A stretch of DNA of 45,595 nucleotides from Octopus bimaculoides (lineage: Eukaryota): NCBI RefSeq assembly GCF_001194135.2, contig NC_068992.1, forward strand, positions 46,288,955 to 46,334,549, in the 5' to 3' direction. The notes below the pieces were generated by a model that was not told the origin of the DNA, ran no database searches, and worked only from the letters and a program-made list of their open reading frames with translations. Shown here one piece after another: positions 1 to 11,636 of this stretch. Position 1 is the first letter of the stretch. Every line of letters begins with the position of its first letter. Made by a program: the position numbers and the translations under genes.

Positions 1-315
1 TCTTCAATGAGAATATTGACCAAGGTTACCGTGGTCTTTTCCGTAGGCTTTTTCTTCCACGGCTAAACCTAAACTGTCCTCCCCTCTTTTTACACGAGAA
101 CATTACTGTGTGATACACGATCCCTATTGATCGGCCTTTCCTTTTCTTTTTTTTTCGATCCCTTTTGATCGAACTGCCCCTTTTCCCCTTCCTACGATCC
201 CTTTTGATCGACACCACCAATTTTTTTTTTTTCCTTCCTTCCCCTCCCAAAAAGAAAAGCTCTACATTGTATTTGTCCCATCTTCGTTGAGCCCTGTGTG
301 GCTAATAAAAGAAAT
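1..315 (+). mobile_element. Probable 3' end/3' UTR of a non-LTR retrotransposon-like interspersed repeat, with three CGATC-N6-GATCG hairpins
   Basis: Pyrimidine-rich tract containing CGATCCCTWTTGATCG at 118-133, 156-171 and 195-210, ending in AATAAAAGAAAT (304-315) as LINE 3' ends often do. The family assignment is inference. Confidence 0.4.
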
Positions 316-524
316 TAATGAAATTTATTAACAGGTATGAATGATACATGTGGCGAATCTGCCAAGAGACTAAGAACATATACTGCGTAGGTATGCACAA
401 GATCAAATGGAGAAGGTCTACATGATATGTGTGCAAGCAGCAAGTGTTTGTGCATGAAGTATGTGCAAGCTATATAGGTGGTTTGTATTTGTGCTCATGC
501 ATGTGCACAATAGAGTGTGAGGTG

Positions 525-579
525 TTTTCATACAAGTGAGTCTGCATGAGAAATATTTTCATACAAGTGAGTCTGTATG
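525..579. repeat. Short tandem duplication, 31-bp period
   Basis: TTTTCATACAAGTGAGTCTG(C/T)ATG starts at 525 and at 556. Confidence 0.85.
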
Positions 580-874
580 TGCTCCCGTACAAACTGTAAA
601 GCAGAAAGGTGAAATAAACAATGTAATTACCATTATGCAAGAAGAGGCACACACATGTGCACGTGCACATACGCATGCACAAACACATAATCACACATGC
701 ACTACACACAACACATATATATATTGGGTACTATTGGCCACCACCGGCTCTAAATGGTTATTAAGTTGTTTTTAGTAAAGTGACAAGCGGAAACTGCAAA
801 AAAGCATGTTGTTTATCTGTATGACCAAGTTATGTGCATTGTGTGTGGATTTATGTTGCTCTACATGTATGCTT

Positions 875-884
875 GTGTGGGTGT

Positions 885-928
<44 letters not shown>

Positions 929-945
929 GCGCGTGTGTGTGTGCA
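875..945. repeat. (GT)n microsatellite
   Basis: Directly visible dinucleotide run. Confidence 0.95.
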
Positions 946-3900
946 CATCTTTGTGTGTCTGTGTATGAAAGACATCAAAATTGAATACATCTTAATTCGA
1001 ATGGAGAGAAAGGAAATACTTGTTGCTGGAAATTTGCATGTTTAAAACAGTTTAAAAAGTTTATGTGATTAATTATAATTTTATAAAAAGCAAAATAAAA
1101 TGAAATTTTGTATTGCTTGAAGAATTAATGACATATAAAAACTATCCAAGACATATCCTGTTTATATAGGAAACTAGTAATTAAAGCCATAATTTCTACT
1201 GATTGATGTTTCTTTTCTTTTTTTTTCACCTGAGATGGTGAATATTCTACATTTGTAGTTGTTTCTTTCATTGTCAAACTGTCTCGTGTAAGAGATGCTG
1301 GTACTGATGTGTGGACATTGAGTCGGTTAATGTTCTGCATGATTGAGGATTAATGCATCGTATTTAATACAGTTCTTGCTGACTAATGGTGATGGATAAT
1401 GGAGTCGAAAGTACCGCCTCTGACATTATGTTGGCAGTGGTATAAATATGTGTCAGAAGACTGATAGACAGTTGCTGGACAGGTGGGAACAGATGTATGC
1501 ATATGGCTGGTTAAAAGTAACTGGGTTAATCAGCGTCACCTTAACATTAGTAGTATGATAGTACACGGGTAAAGATTCTCTTAGTTGTTGTCATAAACAA
1601 AATTGTTTGATCAAAGGTAGAACATAATGGTGAATTTACAAACAAAGTTGATGCTCAGAACCATGAAGAAAAATATGCTTTTAAACATATGTTGTGTTGT
1701 TCCATGAAAAAAACTGATGTGTAAAAAGACGTGTGAAATCAGATAAAACATCTGTTTAATATGGAGAAAGACAGTTGTTTAAACAGGAGCATAATGTTTT
1801 GATCAGAAGCGCAGATGTTTGGTTTTAAGTCGAGGTTCAAAAATTGTTAGTGGTTTTGTAGTTTCCATGAGGAAAATGACTGTTTGATCAAAAATCGAGG
1901 GTCATTAATTTCAGAAAATTAAAGGAATGTTTGCAGATATAACAACGATACATCGTATATAATTTTCTCTTCTTTTGGATATTTAAACCAAAAATATAAC
2001 TCTTCAAGTCATTTTCGTACAATGATTCAATAGCGCATAGACAGCGAGTAACTTTTAGGAGGTACAAGCGCACCACCTGCACTCCCTGTTTTCTGGCCCT
2101 TGATAATTACACACAGGGAGAGACATACTGCTGGGATCTACGACAGTCTAACTGGTATATGTATCAATCTGTGGCAGACCCATCACAGGTAGAAAATAAC
2201 TGTGCAATGTTCATGACGATAATATATGTATCTTCTAACTGCCATGAGAACGGAGACGACAAATGGCTGCCTTAGCTTTCGAATCTCCGATAGGGGGTAA
2301 GCGTGAGCTAGCTAAGAGAGACGAGAGAAGGGAAGAGACAGAGAGAGAAGTGGTGGGGTGGTGGGGGACAGAAAGTACTTGAGTGATATAAACAAGTTTG
2401 TACGTAACTGTGTACTGCTTAGCGAAAGAATGAATACAGAAATACATTTCAGTCAAAATAGTTATCAAGTTACTATTCTGTGCTTTGTCTAAATTAAATA
2501 CGACAAAGTAGTGAAGCAGTAAAATGTCATCTGATTATTTTATGTTATGAAGAAGAACAAAAAGTTTTATGTTGCAGAGAAATCTATCGTTGCAGAGAAT
2601 AGAAATTTAAATGACGTTGAGATAAATAATTTAGGATCAAAATCAAATATAGACCTTGGGGGACTGTGCATTTCAGTTTTGATAACACCCACCCCGCCCA
2701 TACGCAAAAATCAAAATATGCGGCAAATCATCTGTTTTACAAACCAAATGTAGATAGAATTGACATGTTATATCGAAGGTTATATGTAAAAAAAACAATC
2801 TGTACAAATCTGTTACACACGCACACACATGCACACGCACGTACGTACGTGCGCATGATACAAAAGGCTTTGGTCAAGTTTTTGAACTTATATTAAGGGC
2901 ATTATTATTTTATATTAGAACCTTTTAGATATAAAGCTGTTTCATACTTTGGTACCAATAATTTACTATTTGGTCATGTTCAACACGTTTATCAATAAGC
3001 ACAAATAACCCCGAATGGATTCCAGGATCTTGTCATTTGAACTTCAAAAAATTATTCAAATTTTCTCACACAAAACGATTGACTCTTCTTTTGTCTCTAA
3101 AATTGCACATTCCGAATAATATACAGCATGATAGATGCGAATTATTTCGACAAATGAATCTTATAGAATCACTGATGAATATCACTAGATGCTGCCAATG
3201 GCCAGTATCAGCCAACTCAGATAGCAAACTACTGCTATTATCTATGGCCGTGGCGTTCTATATTTCAGCTGGTGAAAGACCATTGTGATTAAAACGTTCA
3301 TGTCGTATCACACGATTCAAACTTCTGGCATGATAGATTTGAATTGGTCCTGGCAAGTCGTTGTCCGACTGGAGGATTTTAAAAACCTTCAACATCTACG
3401 TTGACGTCGTCTAATAAGCTGATTTTCACATCTTGCTTCTATAACCAACATTACTCCCGGATATATTTTAAGTATCTCATACTGAGCTCGTTCTCCTCTT
3501 CTCTGATAAAGCGCCTGAGCTTTGTAGTCGATCCATTATCTTCCCTATTGGTAACTACATTTCTTTTAACTACTATATTCCCGGTATTTTTGAATAACCA
3601 AGCTCACTCTTCCTGAAATGAAATCATTAAAAAATGTCTTTAAACATGCGATAATAAAGAACGCTCATATCTGATATTTTGGATACCAAGCACGTACTAA
3701 AAAATCAATCATTGGTACCTAACTATTTTGAGAAAACGGTTATAAAGTATTGTACGTACAATCGAGAGTTGATGTCTGAGTGTCGAAAGTTCCAATCCAG
3801 TATGTAGAGACTTAGCCCCAAGAACAGAACGACCTTGGGCATGTGACTTTACTTAAAGGTGCTGACTTTCCCTAAAATAGGGCCCTTCTCACTATCTTAA

Positions 3901-3959
3901 TATAAATATATCTTTTTTTTTACATAAAAAGAACAAGATTGAGTAAACAATGCATCTTT

Positions 3960-4250
3960 AGAAATAATGAGCTTAATATTAATATCAATATTTTATCGCT
4001 TCCTGTTGGAAATTTTATCAATAAAGTGGAAGATCCTGAAGATGAAAGAAAATGGTTCAATTTGGTCCTAATATTAACCTTGCCGAAGATTCTAATGACT
4101 GCCTTGATGATACTTCCAGAAGGTATTATGAACATTTCCGAGTAATTAATGGGTTCATTGGATTATGAAGTTCGGATACTTATTTGTCCACTGATGAATT
4201 TTTCACCCATAAAATCCATGTTTTATTCTGTTGATGGAACAGGATTAATA
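3960..4250 (+). mobile_element. Possible highly decayed RTE-clade LINE C-terminal fragment
   Basis: Frameshifted translation FYRFLLEILSIKWK...RRYYEHF...WNRINIQ loosely resembles the RTE motif CxRRILxIxW...RxLxYFGH...W. Many stops. Confidence 0.3.
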
Positions 4251-4271
4251 TCCAAACAGAGGAAACAGAAA

Positions 4272-4272
<1 letters not shown>

Positions 4273-4314
<42 letters not shown>

Positions 4315-4380
4315 CGATGACGACGATGACGATGACGACGACGACGACGACGACGACGACGATGATGATGATGATGATAA
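4273..4380. repeat. Compound (GAT)n/(GAC)n microsatellite
   Basis: Directly visible. It produces the poly-M/T/H/R ORFs at 4149-4439. Confidence 0.95.
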
Positions 4381-4877
4381 TTACAAGGCCTGAAAATTTG
4401 GAGGAGCTGTTCGTTTATTAAATCAACCACCACAAACAAACACTACCACCACCACCACTACCACTCCGCCCCCGCTACCACCACCAATAATGGAACCCCT
4501 GTAAAGTAGCTTGACCTGTTTATTATAAGTGTATAATGGAAATCCTGTGGTGTCACCTGAGCCAATTCCAAGGACTTGTTAAATATCAACATAATCGTTC
4601 AGATCCATCTTCATTCCAATCGACTGAAAAAGGTCCCCGTGGGGTTAATTTCATAGTGATACTAAAAACCTATGGGTATGAGTCCATATATAATTTATTT
4701 GTAGCACAGTGTTGGTACTGCAATAGTTATCCTGCTGAAAAGCAACACCGTTTCAACTTGGTCAATAAATGCCAGAAATAACAGCTAAGTCTTGTTTTAA
4801 ATACGACTGGGCAGGCAATATAAGCCTACATACTCCTGGAGATATTTCGTTGATTACGGCTGGAATATCTTTGATCA

Positions 4878-5150
4878 TCACTTCTTTAGTTGCCATGTCC
4901 AGAATTTTGGACATTGTATCGTACCATAATTCTATGTTCTTTATTTTCTATAATAGTGCCACTTCTTGTTTAATGCCTCCTTCTTCCAACCATTTGGTCA
5001 AGCTCAACATCCATATCATCCTTCCCCTTCCTCTGCTTCTTTTTTCCGGTCATCACTATATTCTTCAGGCCCTATTTCCTCATCACATGACTAAGAAATC
5101 TCAGTTTCGTGGGCCTTATCTCACGAAGCAGTTTCTTGTTTACCGTATAA
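4878..5150 (-). mobile_element. 3' end of an RTE-clade LINE (5'-truncated, decayed)
   Basis: Minus strand reads KKLLREIRPTKLRFLSHVMRK*GLKNIVMTGK/..RGRGRMIWMLSLTKWLE..ELW, matching the RTE ORF C-terminus (LRFLGHVMRK..LENLV.TGK.EGKR.RGR). It ends in GGACATGGCAACTAAAGAAG, a typical RTE terminus. Confidence 0.85.
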
Positions 5151-5243
5151 ATGAAACAAGGTGACCAAATAATGGCGACTTCAAAGGAGTAAGACTTCTT
5201 TGATCACCAGGGTTATTCTAGGGGTAAGCAAAGCACCATCAGT

Positions 5244-5332
5244 AATTTGAACTCAGAACGAACGTAATAACAGACGAAATACCACTAAGCATTTCGTCTG
5301 GCGTGCTAACAATTCTGCCAGCTCGCCGCCTT
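5244..5332 (-). mobile_element. tRNA-derived SINE, family A (5' part)
   Basis: Reverse complement is AAGGCGGCGAGCTGGCAGAATTGTTAGCACGCC...GTTCTGAGTTCAAATT. Homologous to copies at 14902, 19133, 23906 and 35946 in this window. Confidence 0.85.
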
Positions 5333-5769
5333 TGAGGTCAAAATATCGACATCAGTCTTGAGGGTTTTATTTGTGTATTAAATCAGGAATAAAGAGAATC
5401 TAGTGCAGGGGCGAGGAACATTGCTTTATATTTGACATTAGTATTGATTTAAGAGAAAACTTTAATGAAACACCCCGAGATAAAATTTATGTTAATATAG
5501 GGAATATAATTATATTTATTGTGAAAACGTAATTACAGACATTAAAGTAATAAACAAAGCAATATAGATTGAATTTTTAGAAAAACCTTTTAAGATTTAA
5601 GAACATTAAAATTAATGTATTACAATGTAACAAAATGAAATGAGTTTCACACAAAATCCAGATTTCTTCGAACTTTTGGGCCTCAAGAGTAATTTGAAGT
5701 GGCCTCAGGAACAACGTCACTGGTCGAGTATAACATATTTCCTGCAATAAATGAAATATGTGTAGTTTT

Positions 5770-6420
5770 CGAAAGTCTAAGTTGTCATGTTCGCTTTCAA
5801 GAAATATTTTTGAAATCATTGTTCAAGGAAACAACGCACTTCTAGCATGAGATTTCTTTGTTGCATGTGGATGCGATCAGTACTTAGCAGGTTTGGAGGC
5901 GTGAAAGTGGCGCCATCTGCATGACATCATATAGGTCATTAATGTAAAGAACAGAAAGTGTGTGAGATGTATCTGAACTTTAAGGTAGGACAGAATATCG
6001 AGGAGAGAAGGTCCCGTCATAGCACACTGTAATGAAACGATCTAGTCTTGAACTTTTGATCCGAGAAATGAAAGATTGATCATGTTTATAAAGAGGCAAA
6101 TTAGTAATGAGATACTTTTGTTACATACGAGAGAAAGCTCCTTTGGTGTCAAGAGAGAACAACATTATTACTTTCTCAGAACTTCTCAAGGGTTCAAAAG
6201 ACCTCTGGTGTGCGATGTGGGAGAACAAGTCTTCAGTAGATTTTGCTCTAAATAACCAGTAACTGCGGCGGTTAATGAGAAGGGAGAGAAACTAAAAATG
6301 ATGAAGGAGCTGTTTGTTCATGTTTCATTTGATTATATTCGACATATTGTGAAAGAAAGAAGGCCATAGGGAAATATATGATAGGGTCAGCAAGGTTAAG
6401 TTCCTTAGAACGTGACATAT
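5770..6420 (-). mobile_element. Decayed reverse-transcriptase remnant of a Jockey/CR1-group LINE
   Basis: Minus strand reads NKQLLHH...FRAKSTEDLFSHIAHQ (about 6226-6247)...SLDTKGAFSRM (6134-6157; cf. ALDISKAFDRVW)...LYINDL (5934-5949)...ADGATF (cf. ADDATL). Contains stops and frameshifts. Confidence 0.75.
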
Positions 6421-6644
6421 CGTATGTTTACATATATATATTAGGATTGATCAGTTCCTTGTGGAAAAGGAGAGACCAATGCGGTCGGTGAAGATAACAT
6501 CTTACTCTGGATTAACCAGACAGAAATAGAAGCAAACCACCTTCATTTAAATGGTATTCGTTAGCTTTATTTCATCGATTAATTATCCAGGGGCAATTTA
6601 GGACCAGTGCAGACCTTGCTGCTGCTGTTGCTGTTGCTGCTGCG

Positions 6645-6646
6645 CT

Positions 6647-6706
<60 letters not shown>
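6645..6706. repeat. (CTA)n microsatellite
   Basis: Directly visible trinucleotide run. Confidence 0.95.
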
Positions 6707-6708
<2 letters not shown>

Positions 6709-6964
6709 TGTTATCATCATCAACACCACCAACAACTATGTGGTTACTGTAAATTGCTAGAAATCTCACATTCAAATGACTAAGACAAGGAAGAAGACGT
6801 CGAACAATATACGTGAGCACGCACACACGTNNNNNNNNNNNNNNNNNNNNNNNNNNNNNNNNNNNNNNNNNNNNNNNNNNNNNNNNNNNNNNNNNNNNNN
6901 NNNNNNNNNNNNNNNNNNNNNNNNNNNNNNNNNNNNNNNNNNNNNNNNNNNNNNNNNNNNNNAT

Positions 6965-7056
6965 ATATGGGATGGTCATGGATTTGACTTAGGATGTTTT
7001 TCATCATAAGTTCACTCAAATAGTCTCGCCTGGGGTTAAACATCAACAACAACAGC
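6965..7056 (+). mobile_element. 3' tail of a SINE-like repeat ending in (CAA)n
   Basis: GGGATGGTCATGG...ATCATAAG...CCTGGGGTTAAACATCAACAACAAC. Related reverse-orientation copies occur at about 14365-14430 and 33295-33400. Confidence 0.5.
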
Positions 7057-7498
7057 AGCCTGAAAAGCACCACTAACACCATCACCATCACCAACACCAT
7101 CACTATCACTGCCCTCGTTGCCTCATTTACATATCTTTACCTCACAGCCAAGACTACAACTACTTTCACCACCGCTATTGCATAACATTACTCCACCACT
7201 ACTACTACCTCCATCATCAACACTTCCACCACCACCATCACCACCACCACCATAGCGTTTTAGACAACAACCACGACCACAACCACCACCATCACTACCA
7301 AATCTGGCAGTTACCGCTCTATATTGGTGTGTTTCACATAAGTCTACGTCAAATATATTTAACTAAAATACTATTGACTAAATGGAGATCTGTCTGTCTC
7401 TTGTGTGGTGTTTAAATGTGTCTATGGCTTTTCGGGGTGGGAGAGCGAGGTTCCTAAACTATACATATAGACGTCTGAGTGTGTACGTATGTATAAAA

Positions 7499-7499
7499 C

Positions 7500-7560
<61 letters not shown>
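7499..7560. repeat. (AT)n microsatellite
   Basis: Directly visible. Confidence 0.95.
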
Positions 7561-7562
<2 letters not shown>

Positions 7563-8004
7563 TTGTACTTAAGCACATGCATACGCACAAACACACAAAC
7601 ACACACACACATATAAATATATAAAACTATTGTCTGCAATCCCAAGTTCGCAGTATTAAACTATAACGCCATTACGCCATCACACCGATATCGTCGCCGT
7701 ACAGTTATACAGTGATAAGACAAAGTAGTTCTTGGAACGATCTCAGTTGCCATTACTGAGACATGAAGACTTAGAAAACAACGGTCATAATGAATTTTCA
7801 GACTATTCTTAATTCTCTGCTCTAATAATATTTAAGAGTTATTTGTGTATCACTAGAACTGTCCAATGTTAACATATAAATGATATTGAACCTTTACAAT
7901 AAGCGAGAATATTTTTCTCCAAGGTAAATAGCAGTGAAATTCCTTTTAGTGTCACAAGCATATTTGAACTAACCTAAAGATTATTTCACTATTAATGTTT
8001 CGTA

Positions 8005-9430
8005 TTACAGCTATTCCAATTTCCTTTGTATTCTCCTTGATAACTTCTGATATTGTTCCCAAGAACCCAACAATAATTATAATTGGCACTATCTTCACGC
8101 TTTTCACTTTTCATAGCCGAGCTATTTCGTACTTAAGAGAATTGTATATCTGTTGACCTTCCTTCTTGGCTATTCATGCGTCAAAGGAGTATGCAACGTC
8201 AATTATACAGCATATGTTGTGCTTCTTGTCCACCACCACTAGGTTCGGTCTGTTATGCTCTAGCACCTGATCTGTTTGGATTGGGAAGTCCCAGAGGATT
8301 TTGCTAGTCTCTAACTCCGCCATTCTCTGCGGTTTGTGCTCATACCACGTCTTGCCTTTCTCTAGCCCCCATTTTTCGCACAGTCAACCCATACCATGCT
8401 CAGGTTTGTGTGTCTTCTCTTGCAGTTTCTGAAAATTAGTTTATCAATTAAGAGCTGGTCCTTCGTTCCCCAGCTTTTTTTCGGCACCCTTTCTGTTCAA
8501 TAGGTAGCACCCCACTATTTTCCATGTATGTATACAGTCCACTGGCCAAAGCACCTGACGTTACTTTCCACATTAGCAGAAGGCACGTTATTGGTCTAGA
8601 GTTGGATGCAACATTTCCTTTTCAGGATCGTTGGAACACAACAATGTCATACCGTTTGTCATCCAGCTGGGTACTGCGCCTTTCTGCAAGCTCTCATCTT
8701 GCTATTGTGCTATCCTTTCATGAAACCCTCTCAACTTCTTCGCCGAATAACCTTGGACATTACCCGATCCTCCGCTCTTACAATTTGGGATATTTTTAAC
8801 TGCTTTTTTATCATTCTTGTAGTTATCTTTATGTCTTCTTGGACTTCTATATTTCTTAACCTTTCTTGGATTTCATGCCGTCACTCCGCTTCATCATTAT
8901 GTCCCACAGGTTGCTCCCACATCCCTCTACAGAATGTCTTGCTTTCCTCTTCATATGACTTCATTGTTATGTGTAATTAACCATCTGGTTCTCGAAACAG
9001 TTTCTTCTGATCTGTTTCAAACAATCTGTTTTGCCTGAATTGTTTAGTTCTATTGTCATATCTTTCCAGTTTTGCTTTGATTCCTACAACTCTTTGTTTC
9101 AATTCTTCCAATATCACATCATAACCTTTATCTCTTATTCTATATGTTATTTCTAGCATTATTCTTATGCTTTCATTCTGCAATTCCCCTCCACTAAATC
9201 TGTCAACTTAACCTAAATGTCATTTTAACTGTGTTTCTCTCAAATTCTTCAACGCTAGAATGGTTCTTTACGTTCTGTTTGTTCTCTTCATTTGTATTCA
9301 ACTCTATCTGCAGCAACCATGGCCGCAGCCCAAATAATCTTGTTAGTTTCAGTTATATTTCTCCTCTAGAATAGCCCAAGGACCTAATCTATTTTTTTGA
9401 TTTCAACTTAGAGCTTTCGTCGATCAATGC
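8005..9430 (-). mobile_element. Dong/R4-clade non-LTR retrotransposon (RLE type), decayed, with most of the RT core internally deleted
   Basis: Minus strand reads TETNKIIWAAA..KEP; LEELKQRVVGIKAKLERYDNRTKQFRQNRLFETDQKK (ORF 8977-9183); [42 protein letters not shown]. It then runs directly into the RLE region LCEKWG..WYEHKP..ILWDFPIQTD..HNRPNLVVVDK..CCIIDVA..KE..LKYEIARL..VPIII.VGFLGT. Confidence 0.92.
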
Positions 9431-9499
9431 ACCTCAGATTGGTGGGTGATCCTGGTCTATAATATATCAGCTCAGCATCATTACTATATCTTGTTGGTC

Positions 9500-9745
9500 A
9501 TTCTCAGCAAATAAAGCAGAAGTTATAGGAAGAGCTATAGCACAAGAATACGATGATAACCAATGATGAGCTATGTCACTGGGATGGGGTTTGGCGACGA
9601 TAAGTGTGCTAAAGCAACTTTTGTAAGTAGCAAGCTCAGACAAACGGCTTCCATTAAAATAGATATCGATACTTCTATCAAGGAACTGGAACAACAAGAA
9701 AGTTATAAATACCTTGGAATAAACGCAGGACATGGTATACATTAG
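9500..9745 (+). mobile_element. RT-domain fragment (subdomains about 5-7) of an R4/Dong-type LINE
   Basis: ORF 9563-9745 reads GMGFGDDKCAKATF..SKL..T.SI.ID.DTSIKELEQQESYKYLGIN, matching IGMxFGLDKCAKA...YKYLG of this clade. Confidence 0.8.
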
Positions 9746-10363
9746 CATACCATGTATATTGTTTACCCCTTCCCTTTCCTTATAAGGAAAAAGCTGGTGC
9801 CCTCTGAAGCTTTAAATCACTAGACAAAAAACAAATAAAATCCGTGACAGTTAAAATTCTGCTTAGAATTAATTACAAGCCTGTTTGCTTTGGCTGAGTC
9901 AAAATGGTTTTTTATATTCTTCCTTCCCACTTGGAATGTTTAAATGTAGTTACAACGGTAATATGTATTTCTACTGAAATGAAATTTCAGTAAATTTTCA
10001 GTATCTTTGTGCAGCTGAAGATTGCTCTGCATTTTACATTTAATGTAATGCTCATATTGCTTAAATAAATGGAGTTGCATGAAACGATCGTACTGCAATG
10101 AACTTGAATATCCTTGATGCTTATTTTGATTTTTGATCACCTTATTTTTGGAATTGTTTGGAAAATACCATACTAAATTCTGGTGCCTAAACTTAAGTAC
10201 CATATTCACCTTGAATCTAAATTTTTTGTAAGTATATATATATATATATATATATATAATTATAAGATCTGGTAATTAGTCATATATTAATGAAATATAG
10301 CAGCATACCAAAAACGTGAGCGGGCAAGACATTTAAAATCACCTAAAAAAAATCATTATTAAA

Positions 10364-10422
10364 CAGGAGCCAGGTTTCGGATTTAACAAATTCTTACCAT
10401 TTGTCTATTCCTCATCAGCCTG
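10364..10422 (-). ncRNA. Type I hammerhead ribozyme-like motif (Penelope-like terminal repeat type), probably inactivated
   Basis: Minus strand: CAGG (stem I) - CTGATGA - GGA..ACAAAT-GGTAAGA-ATTTGT..TCC (stem II) - GAAAC-CTGG-CT - CCTG (stem I). Position 16.1 is C rather than the required U. Confidence 0.65.
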
Positions 10423-11123
10423 ATTTGTAATGAAGTAGCAATTTTCAGAATCGTATACATAGTTGCCCACCGCCATGTGTGCGCGTGCATATGGTTNNNN
10501 NNNNNNNNNNNNNNNNNNNNNNNNNNNNNNNNNNNNNNNNNNNNNNNNNNNNNNNNNNNNNNNNNNNNNNNNNNNNNNNNNNNNNNNNNNNNNNNNNNNN
10601 NNNNNNNNNNNNNNNNNNNNNNNNNNNNNNNNNNNNNNNNNNNNNNNNNNNNNNNNNNNNNNNNNNNNNNNNNNNNNNNNNNNNNNNNNNNNNNNNNNNN
10701 NNNNNNNNNNNNNNNNNNNNNNNNNNNNNNNNNNNNNNNNNNNNNNNNNNNNNNNNNNNNNNNNNNNNNNNNNNNNNNNNNNNNNNNNNNNNNNNNNNNN
10801 NNNNNNNNNNNNNNNNNNNNNNNNNNNNNNNNNNNNNNNNNNNNNNNNNNNNNNNNNNNNNNNNNNNNNNNNNNNNNNNNNNNNNNNNNNNNNNNNNNNN
10901 NNNNNNNNNNNNNNNNNNNNNNNNNNNNNNNNNNNNNNNNNNNNNNNNNNNNNNNNNNNNNNNNNNNNNNNNNNNNNNNNNNNNNNNNNNNNNNNNNNNN
11001 NNNNNNNNNNNNNNNNNNNNNNNNNNNNNNNNNNNNNNNNNNNNNNNNNNNNNNNNNNNNNNNNNNNNNNNNNNNNNNNNNNNNNNNNNNNNNNNNNNNN
11101 NNNNNNNNNNNNNNNNNNNNNNN

Positions 11124-11174
<51 letters not shown>

Positions 11175-11636
11175 ATCAATATATATATATATGTGAGTGC
11201 ATATGGATGTGTATGTATTTGTATACATATTTAATTAAATATATATTTATAATGCATTGATCTCTCCCTTTGTCTCTCAACATACACACACAACACACGT
11301 CCACACAAACATATATTGCTCCTGTGTGACAGTGTTTGAATTCTGGGAAGCAGACAGGGAGTGTGGTTTGCAGAATAATTTGAAGAGTCTGTCTAATGAA
11401 GCCAGATCAATATTTGCTACTTTCAGATCAAATGCACCTGTTATGTTACAACTATTACAATATCATTATGAATTCTCATCGTCCCACGCCATAACAATTT
11501 TCACATATGACACCAAGGGGACACCAAGATGAAGCACAATAGATATGGAGATTTATTTATGCCAGTTTAGATATTGAATACTAATAGAATCCTACTTAAT
11601 TACGAATTAATAGAAACACTTACTACTCATCTATAT

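Noticed and set aside
3037-3720. Coding-like region possibly derived from a DNA transposase (piggyBac-like GHW / RRC fragments on the minus strand)
   Set aside because: The motifs are too short and scattered across frames, and no TIRs were found. It cannot be supported without an HMM search.
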